Positions 38,938 through 47,364 of a stretch of DNA of 64,000 nucleotides are shown in pieces. Where the stretch lies: assembly GCA_000146465.1 (NCBI GenBank), contig CP001949.1; one strand, written 5' to 3'. Positions within the stretch are counted from its first letter, which is position 1; each line of letters starts with the position of its first letter. Both the position numbers and the translations under genes were made by a program. The notes under the pieces were generated by a model. That model was not told where the DNA came from. It made no database searches and worked only from the letters and a program-made list of their open reading frames with translations.

Positions 38938-41137
38938 CAATTTCCTCCCCTGCTTTGGCTTTTGTTTTATTCTCTCCTCCGCCCTCCTGCCTGAAGAAGT
39001 TGTATATAAGAACACCATTCTCTCTCCCAAGAGTCAACTCAAGGCGATCCATGCTGGAGAATATGAGGTCCTTCAGGCTCTTGAAACATTTTCGAACCTT
39101 TAGGATGTTGAACTGTGTTATTCCAGGAATACTCAGAAGTATCTCATGGAGGACGGGGTCCATCTTATGCCTTTCAGAAACACTTGGTACATCTTCCTTC
39201 CTCTGAAGATCTCTTATCACCTTTGTGGAAAATAGTCTTGACTCAGACCAGATAACCCTCAGCATTCCGAAGTTAAACAGAAGCAAGGCAAACTTTGCTG
39301 CAATGCTGTTTTTGAATGTGTCCTGGTCATAGCGGTAGTGGTCAGACAGACATGGCCTTCCATCAAACTCAAGGAGGAGAACAGGGCTTGGATACCTGTG
39401 GCATAGCATGCTCATCTGAGAATAAAGCCTTCCTGTCCCTAGAGATGATATAAAGTCGGAGATCGATTTTCTTTCGATGCAGATTGTGGGCCCTATTAGG
39501 TAATCTCCAGTGGGAAGAGTGGAAATGCATATCTTGTTTCTTGCCCTGAACAGAAAGAAGGGAAGTTCGGCTCTTAGCTCCCTGGAGTCAACCACAACCG
39601 TGTAGTCCTTCTCTCCCGACTCATGCTCCTCTAGATCAATCACATCCTCCCCATCCAATTGCAAAGGAAGTCTTGATCTCTCTTCTATGAGCTTTTCAAA
39701 CGATGTCTTTTCTCTTCTTATCTCATTCAAGTATCTTTGTTCCTCTAGAGACGAGGAGTGCATAAGGAAAAACACTTTAACAGGATGCATCACCCTGTAT
39801 CTTTCTATCTTCCTAACGCTGTCCTGCCCAGATTCTACAAAAATCACATTCTCATAACTGCTCTCGTAATACTTGAACTCGTAGTGGGTCAAGATCTTTA
39901 CTGTGTTCTCCTTCTTTTCAATACTCTCGACAGAGACTAGACCAAACACAACAAAAACATTTAAGATCATGTTCCTGACTGCACGGTTGGAAACTAATAC
40001 TATCGACGATGCCTCTCCTAACTCCTGCAGAATCTCTATCAATTTCTTGATCTTTGGATTCAAGGTATAGAAGGCTCTTAACTTGGAATCGGAAAGTCCC
40101 AAGAGAGATTCCAGTTCATTCTTCTCATTTCTCTTTTCCTTCTGCTCCCTAATATCTTCTATTTTTTGGATTGCTTCTTCAAACTGTTCTCTGGCTCCAT
40201 CAATTAGTACATGAGATATTGGTAGATTGATCCATGTGCTATCCTTTCCAAGTTCTACTTGCTTCTTTACAATTTCCTTGACATATCCATAGAACGATCC
40301 TGGATCGCAAGAAAACAGCAGAAAAATCAATCCACGTATGTCATACAGATCCTCCATTATCCTGCTGTTCAAAACGTTCATCTGCTTGAATGTCTTGCGG
40401 ATACTTCCAAATATTATGGCCTCTGCATCCACCTCCTCTCGATCAGGACCTCTGAAGGCCATTTTCAGAAGCCCGTTGATGATCTCCAAAAGAATCACTT
40501 GGAGATGACTGCGGCTCTCCGACATTTTGAACTTGATCTCAACAACATCTGCATCCCCTTTCAAGGACTTCTCGACCGAGGAATGGAATCGTGGGAAAAA
40601 AACAACCTTGTTCATCTTCAGGCTTTTCATCTTCCTGGCTAGCGGAGAGAACCCAAGAGAAAGAGGCACAGGCGACTCCGAAAACCCGTTTATGAATCCT
40701 GTTTTATTCTTTGATCTGAAGACATGGCTGATGAAGGACTCCAGCGATGTCTCTGTTACTGTCTCTGCATGGTTGACAAGAATGCAATCTATTTTCTCAA
40801 CATCCACTGTGCCGTCAATCATGTCTGCAAGAAATACACGGCTACTTGCAATAAACACTCCTCCATTGAGATACTTTTCTCTCCTTCTTGTCCTTGGCAA
40901 AGTTCTTACATCATGAAGGAAAGGAGACTCCATCCTCAGAAGCATCGATTCGTCCTCTGTATTGAAATTCACCAGAAGCACAAGATAGGTCTTCTCCAGA
41001 TACTTCTTTACCACCTCCAAAATTATCCCTTGGATGTTAAGGCCTCCCCCCATTACAAGAAGGCTGTTTTGTCCGTCGCATGTTTGAAGTGCTTCTTTCT
41101 CGTACTCCAAGAGCATTTTGGGATTAGAAGATGACAT
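38930..41137 (-). CDS. XPF/Rad1-family structure-specific DNA repair endonuclease (ERCC4 domain)
   Basis: ERCC4 nuclease motif ICIERKSISDFISSLGTGRLYSQMSMLCHRYPSPVLLLEFD. N-terminal MLLEYEKEALQ..LLVMGGGLN matches the XPF start. C-terminal HhH region. Confidence 0.85.
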   Translation of the reverse strand: MSSSNPKMLLEYEKEALQTCDGQNSLLVMGGGLNIQGIILEVVKKYLEKTYLVLLVNFNTEDESMLLRMESPFLHDVRTLPRTRRREKYLNGGVFIASSRVFLADMIDGTVDVEKIDCILVNHAETVTETSLESFISHVFRSKNKTGFINGFSESPVPLSLGFSPLARKMKSLKMNKVVFFPRFHSSVEKSLKGDADVVEIKFKMSESRSHLQVILLEIINGLLKMAFRGPDREEVDAEAIIFGSIRKTFKQMNVLNSRIMEDLYDIRGLIFLLFSCDPGSFYGYVKEIVKKQVELGKDSTWINLPISHVLIDGAREQFEEAIQKIEDIREQKEKRNEKNELESLLGLSDSKLRAFYTLNPKIKKLIEILQELGEASSIVLVSNRAVRNMILNVFVVFGLVSVESIEKKENTVKILTHYEFKYYESSYENVIFVESGQDSVRKIERYRVMHPVKVFFLMHSSSLEEQRYLNEIRREKTSFEKLIEERSRLPLQLDGEDVIDLEEHESGEKDYTVVVDSRELRAELPFFLFRARNKICISTLPTGDYLIGPTICIERKSISDFISSLGTGRLYSQMSMLCHRYPSPVLLLEFDGRPCLSDHYRYDQDTFKNSIAAKFALLLFNFGMLRVIWSESRLFSTKVIRDLQRKEDVPSVSERHKMDPVLHEILLSIPGITQFNILKVRKCFKSLKDLIFSSMDRLELTLGRENGVLIYNFFRQEGGGENKTKAKAGEEIDG

Positions 41138-41171
41138 GCTCAAGTGAGAGATATTTTCAAGCCCTAAATCG

Positions 41172-41534
41172 ATGGAAATCGATGAGTGTGCTGAGGATAT
41201 AAAAGACTCCCATCCAGTTATGCTTGCCGAGGCAAGATATTTGCTTGAAGGACAGAAAGAAAGATTCCGAGCAGATTTTAGATCGAATGCATCGAAGATA
41301 TTTAGATCAACATTAGGATATTTGGACGAGTTCTGCAGGATTAAAGACAAGTCGGTTGCAGAAGACCTCCGAACAACCTTTTCTGGATTAGGGTTCAGCG
41401 AGGTTGAGATAGCCTTGCTTGGATCCCTATTCCCCCAGTCTGTTGAGGAGGCCAAGTCACTCATTCCATCTCTGGCGTCTAAGGATGATGACACAATCAG
41501 CCATGCTGTTGAGAAGATACAGCAGCTTATGTGA
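41172..41534 (+). CDS. RNA polymerase II subunit Rpb4
   Basis: ..MLAEARYLLE..FRSTLGYLDEFCRIKDKSVAEDLRTTF..FSEVEIALLGSLFPQSVEEAKSLIPSL..ISHAVEKIQQL parallels Rpb4 (..[51 protein letters not shown]). Confidence 0.75.
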   Translation: MEIDECAEDIKDSHPVMLAEARYLLEGQKERFRADFRSNASKIFRSTLGYLDEFCRIKDKSVAEDLRTTFSGLGFSEVEIALLGSLFPQSVEEAKSLIPSLASKDDDTISHAVEKIQQLM

Positions 41535-41610
41535 TGAGCTTTGGAAGGAAGGAAAGACACTATTAAATTCTTAAGACCCAAATACCATGTAAATTCTTGA
41601 AGTACAACCC

Positions 41611-42519
41611 ATGGAAGGAAAGTGTTGGATATCTCTTCGTACGGAAGAAGCCATTGACCTGGAGCTGACCTTGTTCAGTGGACAAGTGTTTTCATTCAAG
41701 AGGACGGGAGAGAAGGAATATACTGGGGTGCTGGGAGAATGTCTGGTGAGTTTTTTGCAAGATGGAAGTAGGGTCCTCTACAAGGTGCTCAGCGGAAAAA
41801 GGTCTCCAAAGGAAGTTGAGGAGGATATTTTTTATTTCTTTACATTAGATATAAAGCTCAAGCCTCTTCTGGAGAAATGGAAGGTTGATTCTGACGGCCT
41901 CCTAAACGGCTTAAGGGCTCTCCGATACGATCTAATTCCAACGATATTTTCGTTTATCTGCTCGTCCAACAACAACATTTCCAGAATAACAAGGATGGTC
42001 GAGTTTCTTTATTCAAAGGGAGAGTTTATCATGAAGTATAAGGGGATTGACTTCCATCGCTTTCCAAGCCTGGAGGAGTTGGTAAGCATTGAAGGAGAAC
42101 TCAAAGCTAAAGGGTTTGGGTACAGATCTTCATACATCTGCAATGCAGCAACATATCTACAAGAGAACTATTCCAAGCTACAGCAAAGGTCTAGAATCAG
42201 GGAGGCATTGGTTTCGATCAAGGGCGTTGGAGAGAAGATAGCCGATTGCATTTTGTTGATAGGTGTTGGCGAGCTGAGTGCTGTTCCTATTGACACACAT
42301 ATTTTCAAGCATTCTAAGAAGATGTTTAGAATCCATGGAAAGACATTGACTCGGAGGGCATATGGAGCTGTGCAGGAACTGTATAAAGAGAAGTTTGGGG
42401 AATATGCAGGGATAGCACAGCTCTATATATTTAAGAGGATGGTCGACCAGGCAAAGAAGAGGCAAAGAGGCATCGATAGGTTTGGACATCTTGGAATGTT
42501 GGATGAAAAGAAGAAGTAA
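41611..42519 (+). CDS. OGG1: 8-oxoguanine DNA glycosylase (OGG1)
   Basis: OGG1 N-domain (WISLRTEEAIDLELTLFSGQVFSF). HhH-GPD with KGVGEKIADCILLIGVG..AVPIDTHI and catalytic Lys/Asp positions. Confidence 0.85.
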   Translation: MEGKCWISLRTEEAIDLELTLFSGQVFSFKRTGEKEYTGVLGECLVSFLQDGSRVLYKVLSGKRSPKEVEEDIFYFFTLDIKLKPLLEKWKVDSDGLLNGLRALRYDLIPTIFSFICSSNNNISRITRMVEFLYSKGEFIMKYKGIDFHRFPSLEELVSIEGELKAKGFGYRSSYICNAATYLQENYSKLQQRSRIREALVSIKGVGEKIADCILLIGVGELSAVPIDTHIFKHSKKMFRIHGKTLTRRAYGAVQELYKEKFGEYAGIAQLYIFKRMVDQAKKRQRGIDRFGHLGMLDEKKK

Positions 42520-42530
42520 AAGGACTCCCC

Positions 42531-43301
42531 TTGATGAAATGGGATGTGGACAAAGAGTATTCGACTAACGAACCTCAAGAAGAGGTAAAGAGAGTCAAGA
42601 GGGCTATTGAGGGCATGGATGTCAAACCTATGGAGTCTGGTAGGGTCTCCTTAACAGCAGAAGAAAATGGGGTTGAAGGCCATGATCTGAACTTCAAGAG
42701 GCAGGTTAAGAAGAAGGTGAACGATTACAAGTACAAGACCCTTTACAACGTTGGGAAAACAAAGAATCCATATGCTCTCACACGTAATAGTGTGGTGATA
42801 GCCATGGAAGAGGAGCTAGGGGTGGAGATCCTTGTCAAGGGAAGTTACAAGCCAGAAGAGCTGAATGGAGACACAGACGATTCGGATGGGCTGGTGTATG
42901 AGATCTCGGCCCCGACGCCCGAGATCCTCCAGGAAGCAATGTTCAAAATTCCATCTATGGTCAAGACTGTGCCTGTGCTCCCATGGACCTCGTCCAGTAT
43001 CTTGGGAAGATATGTCTGGAAAAACGGCACCCGGTACCATTCGTACAGGATTTTTGTAGATCCTGACGATTTATCGGGGAAGATGAATGAGTTCCGCAAG
43101 GACATAGAAGCGGTTGCAGCCGATAAATCGGTAGACATTGCCATTAGAGGAAAGTTTTCTGGGCATGTGGAGCCATGCTTTGGTCAGGAGGCGAATGAGC
43201 CTCCATATATTCAAATACTAACAAAAACCAAGAAGGAAATAAGAGAAGTAAGAAAGGCATGCAGGGAAGTGATCTCCAAGCACAGCGAAATTTCTGGATA
43301 G
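42531..43301 (+). CDS. Hypothetical protein (possible KH-like RNA-binding folds)
   Basis: 256-aa ORF. Weak KH-like segments. Not assignable. Confidence 0.4.
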   Translation: MMKWDVDKEYSTNEPQEEVKRVKRAIEGMDVKPMESGRVSLTAEENGVEGHDLNFKRQVKKKVNDYKYKTLYNVGKTKNPYALTRNSVVIAMEEELGVEILVKGSYKPEELNGDTDDSDGLVYEISAPTPEILQEAMFKIPSMVKTVPVLPWTSSSILGRYVWKNGTRYHSYRIFVDPDDLSGKMNEFRKDIEAVAADKSVDIAIRGKFSGHVEPCFGQEANEPPYIQILTKTKKEIREVRKACREVISKHSEISG

Positions 43302-43401
43302 ATTTCTGGACTTTTGGAAGGGATTACTTCTCCCGAAGATGATTTGATATCTCAATTGGAATTCTGAAACACGATTGCTATAAAGGTAATTTGTTTATGA
43401 A

Positions 43402-44232
43402 GTGAATCCAATGGACAGCAACGTGGCGGAAGTAGTTCTGAAAGGCCGATCCAGGATCGTATTTGGCGGGGAAGATTCCGGCCTACCGCTCTACACTCTT
43501 GATACGGAGGTTGTAGAGGCCTTTACTCTGGAAAGGTTTAAGGAGCTGATTGCCTCCAATGTTAAGGAAGGAAAGGACTTTGTAGTTGGGGAGGTGACTA
43601 CAAGGGATCCTCCAACGGGTTCAATCTTTAAGAACTACTATGCTGCAGTTGAACTGAACAGAATCCTCTTTTGTGTAGAGGGCCGTAACAACCTTTTGTA
43701 CAGGGTAATAGCTAGGAATCCAATAAACAACCTTGAGATTGAAGGAAAAGTCTTGTATTACAAGATAACATGGAAAGCTCTGTCCAGCGCCGTGGAGAAA
43801 AGGCATTCTTCCAAGGACGAGTTTCTGATAAAAGCAGACTACTTTGCTAATGATGAGGATCTGCTTTTTGATCCATCGGTTAGAAGATACTTTGCCAAGA
43901 ACTTTGCAGATGAAGAGTATTTCGTGCATCGACTCGAGAATATGGAAAGCCCAATGGTGATCTCGGAGGATCCGTTAGAAGGCTACCGCGATGACAAATT
44001 CGGGCTTAAGATCATACTCTACACAAACATAGGGACTATATTGGTTGTATTTGGAATGTGTATCCTCCTTGGGTCCAGAGAGGCTTTTTTTGTTGCAATT
44101 GCCCCTCTTTCAATGACACTCCTCTTTTCAATCCTCTTCCTTGTCCTCTACGCCTTGCTTTTCGAGGCTCCAGAGGGCCTTTCTTCGATATTCAACTTCC
44201 GAAAAACTAGATTTAGATACGAAAGCAGTTAA
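43402..44232 (+). CDS. Tail-anchored membrane protein, paralogue B (homologue of 35716-36822)
   Basis: SRIVFGGEDSGLPLYTLDTEVVEAFTLERFK..VVGEVTTRDPPTGSIFKNYYAAVELNRILF..RNPINNLEIEGKVLYYKI and ADYFANDEDLLFDPSVRRYF conserved with paralogue A. C-terminal TM. Confidence 0.6.
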   Translation: MNPMDSNVAEVVLKGRSRIVFGGEDSGLPLYTLDTEVVEAFTLERFKELIASNVKEGKDFVVGEVTTRDPPTGSIFKNYYAAVELNRILFCVEGRNNLLYRVIARNPINNLEIEGKVLYYKITWKALSSAVEKRHSSKDEFLIKADYFANDEDLLFDPSVRRYFAKNFADEEYFVHRLENMESPMVISEDPLEGYRDDKFGLKIILYTNIGTILVVFGMCILLGSREAFFVAIAPLSMTLLFSILFLVLYALLFEAPEGLSSIFNFRKTRFRYESS

Positions 44233-44294
44233 TTAAAGCCATGTTGATCGAAAGGAGTTAAAGGCCTAAGGCCCATGGATTTCCAATAATGCAT

Positions 44295-44711
44295 TTATTT
44301 TTTCTTCTTTGTCTTTTTCTTCCTAACAAGATTAAGCTTATTCTCAACATACACGCCCTTCTGAACAACTCCATGCACCACCTTTCCATGGGCCTGCTTT
44401 CCTGAAGAAACACTGCCCCCACTTCTTGCAGAGGATCTCATCTCTGCAATCGTTTGGCTTACTCCCTCTACAACAAACAGTTTTCCATACTCCTTTTTAA
44501 TCCGGAACCTTCCATTGTTGAAGAAGTCTCGAGGATGCTTCTTCAAAGGCTCTTCGACACATTCGATTTCAAGTTTTTCCAAGGCATTTTTGATTTCATG
44601 GTATCGAGGCTTCTCAATGCAAATCTCTTTTCTATACTTCCTTCCCTCCGAAAGCGCCCTGGATGAATCCATGTAGGCAGGATACAAGCAGAAGTACTTG
44701 TTCTCCATCAA
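44295..44711 (-). CDS. SRP19: Signal recognition particle subunit SRP19
   Basis: MENKYFCLYPAYMDSSRALSEGRKYRKE matches the SRP19 core (RFICIYPAYLNNKKTIAEGRRIPIS). Lys-rich tail. Start at the internal Met. Confidence 0.7.
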   Translation of the reverse strand: MMENKYFCLYPAYMDSSRALSEGRKYRKEICIEKPRYHEIKNALEKLEIECVEEPLKKHPRDFFNNGRFRIKKEYGKLFVVEGVSQTIAEMRSSARSGGSVSSGKQAHGKVVHGVVQKGVYVENKLNLVRKKKTKKKK

Positions 44712-44912
44712 GGGGAAGTTTTCTGGAAAATTATAATTGAGGTTTCTCTGCAAAATCCTTTCCAAGCTTCCTATCTAGCCTACCATTTTCAATCCTGGTC
44801 CATAAATCGACTTTGTTTACACCCTTTAATGTTGTCAAAGTCATTAGAGCCTTTCTTTGAAATGCCATCAGCATCAGGTACGGCAATATACATTGCCTGC
44901 TGATTTGTTGTC

Positions 44913-46130
44913 TTGGCATTTCTTAATATCTTCTATGCACACGAGTATCATTCCAAGGTTACAAAGCATATCACAAAGAAAATAGAAAACATCTTTATCC
45001 AAGCTCTTGTGTTATGCTTTTTAAACGGCATTCCAAAGATGATTCTGATGGTAAATTTGTATAGAACCTTCCCCATACAGGTGTTTGCGTCGGCCATTTC
45101 AGGTACCACTCAAATCTCCATTGCAATATCTCTCGCTCTTGTTTTGATATTTGCCAAGACAAATTGTTTTGTCCACCATATAAGCTTCTATAAGGATGTC
45201 CTCTTTCTTGAAGCCTCCCATCTGCTTCTACTGATAATGTTCTCGAACACGGCAGATACTCTAACAATTCCAATTATGACCTTGAGTGTGTTCTTTGCCT
45301 TTCTGTTCAACACTTTCTCTCTGCCTGCATATATCTCGCAGGTACCGGCAGAAGCCCAGGACACCGTCTCTTCCCATCCTCAAGCTCCGCATCCATCCCT
45401 TGGCCTATACCCCATCCGATTCATATTCAACACCATCTTTCTGGACCCAGACCAGCTGTCTTCGTCCTCAAAGAAAACATCATATACAATCATGCTTTCT
45501 CCGGCGATCAGCCTTCTAGTAGGCATGGTACACTTTCGCATAGACATCGGACGCCTTGAATTCCTTCTTTCTCTTATCTGCTCCTTCTTTGCAGGCTTGC
45601 TTTTATACATGATGATAAGAAAAAGGATCTTCTCCACAATTTCATGTCTCTACACCTTGGCTGTTTCCATGCTCTTTTTCTCGATAATAATGGAAAATCT
45701 TGTGGATCTTACCGTTCGCATCAGCAATGCAACAGGATTAGGAATTCAGCTTCTTTCCGGTACGTTTCTTTCACTCCAATCAAATCTTACGGAAATAGTA
45801 ACATGTCTTAAATACAAGGGAAATGAGATGTTGACTGTGTCGTCTTGCTCCATCCTCTACACGCACATATTCAATGCTCTTCTCTTCTTTCCTACCATCC
45901 GGTTGCTACTGACCAAAGACGGGATCCTCCCTCATTCACAAAACATCTCCAATGCTCCCTTTGTATACTTTTCATATGTCTTTATCCTTGCTGAAATCAA
46001 AGTAATCTTTGTAAACTACCTCCTCAGACACCACAAGCTGACAAAGGACCTTGGGTACACACTCATAGCAATATATGCATTATTCATCATCGGATTTGCC
46101 ATAGAAGGTAAGGAGCATCTTTGTAAATAA
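44913..46130 (+). CDS. Polytopic membrane protein, unknown family
   Basis: About 10 hydrophobic segments. Confidence 0.4.
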   Translation: MAFLNIFYAHEYHSKVTKHITKKIENIFIQALVLCFLNGIPKMILMVNLYRTFPIQVFASAISGTTQISIAISLALVLIFAKTNCFVHHISFYKDVLFLEASHLLLLIMFSNTADTLTIPIMTLSVFFAFLFNTFSLPAYISQVPAEAQDTVSSHPQAPHPSLGLYPIRFIFNTIFLDPDQLSSSSKKTSYTIMLSPAISLLVGMVHFRIDIGRLEFLLSLICSFFAGLLLYMMIRKRIFSTISCLYTLAVSMLFFSIIMENLVDLTVRISNATGLGIQLLSGTFLSLQSNLTEIVTCLKYKGNEMLTVSSCSILYTHIFNALLFFPTIRLLLTKDGILPHSQNISNAPFVYFSYVFILAEIKVIFVNYLLRHHKLTKDLGYTLIAIYALFIIGFAIEGKEHLCK

Positions 46131-46187
46131 ACATATTCCTACCGCCATTCTTTGGAGATATTAGCCTTGAAGATAAAAAAGATCGGT

Positions 46188-47195
46188 TTAATTAGTGGAT
46201 CTTATTGCAGATGGATCAAGCTTCTTAACAAACCTCAGCCTTTCCTTCATCTCTTCATCACTCAGCTTGAGCTCTGTCCTTCCCACAAACAGAGGCTCGT
46301 CGAGAATGGCCTGCACTGCATCACTGTAGAACAGCTCTTCAAGATCGTCATGGGCCACAATCCTGTCGGGAAGCTTGAATCCAGGAGTAAGCTCGGCCTC
46401 TCTCTCAACTCCTCCAAAGATCTTGTCCAGCTTCTCAAAGGCACTTTCGGTCCATATGATCAGCCTTCCTGGCAGTCCTCCCGGCGCAAGCTCAAGGAGA
46501 TCCAAGCTGTCAATGCTCATCTGATCTACTCCCCGAATGTTTCTGAACCCAAGAAGCTCAGAGGACTCTCCGTGCACAATAAGGATCCCTTTTCTTTGTG
46601 TATATCTTCTGTTCCTCATCTTCCCCTTACCACATCGCACTCCTCGGCTCTTTTCAATCCTCTTCAATTCCTCCTTCATGTTTAAGTCCTTGAGAATCTG
46701 TAGTGCATCCTTGGTCTTCTTGGCCTTTGAAATGTCGTCAGAGACAATGATGGGAAGCATCTTCACATTCGATACCCTGTGCCCCCGAGCTTCCACAAGT
46801 GATGTTTGTGCAGATGCTGCAACTGCCATGGCCTCGGCTATCTTCTTGGTGTTCTCCACAACCTTTCTAGCCCATCTCCTATGCGTCTTGGTTGGGTGTG
46901 CCATCCTACCCTTTCGGCAGAAGTTTGCAAATGCACCCTGTCCTGCCCTTCTTGTTCCTCCTCCCTTCACTCTCGGCACACGTGCAATCGCCCTCCCGGT
47001 TCCCCAGGACTCTGCAGAATGCTGCATACCTGCATACTTCGATACTGCATATGGCTGCCTGGTCTTCATCCTGTATATCGAGTACGTCTTCAGCACAAGA
47101 TCCTGTCTGATAGGTGTGGAAAACACCTCTGGAAGATCCAAGGTCTTCTTCACCGTCACCCCATCAACCTCATAACAGTTGATCTGTTGCTTCAT
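46188..47195 (-). CDS. 60S ribosomal protein L4 (uL4)
   Basis: ..YAVSKYAGMQHSAESWGTGRAIARVPRVKGGGTRRAGQGAFANFCRKGRMAHP.. canonical uL4 core. Confidence 0.95.
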   Translation of the reverse strand: MKQQINCYEVDGVTVKKTLDLPEVFSTPIRQDLVLKTYSIYRMKTRQPYAVSKYAGMQHSAESWGTGRAIARVPRVKGGGTRRAGQGAFANFCRKGRMAHPTKTHRRWARKVVENTKKIAEAMAVAASAQTSLVEARGHRVSNVKMLPIIVSDDISKAKKTKDALQILKDLNMKEELKRIEKSRGVRCGKGKMRNRRYTQRKGILIVHGESSELLGFRNIRGVDQMSIDSLDLLELAPGGLPGRLIIWTESAFEKLDKIFGGVEREAELTPGFKLPDRIVAHDDLEELFYSDAVQAILDEPLFVGRTELKLSDEEMKERLRFVKKLDPSAIRSTN

Positions 47196-47364
47196 TTCAA
47201 GCCCTCAGAGCAAATTTTTTTTAAATTCTGGGATTTTCAACCTAGCTGTCTTCTGTCCCAATTCCAAACTACTTGACGAGTCTTTCACCGTCTCCACTGC
47301 CAACTCCTTCTTCTTGCTTCCATTCCGTTTGGATTTAATACCTTTGCAACAATCCCCCAAGCTC

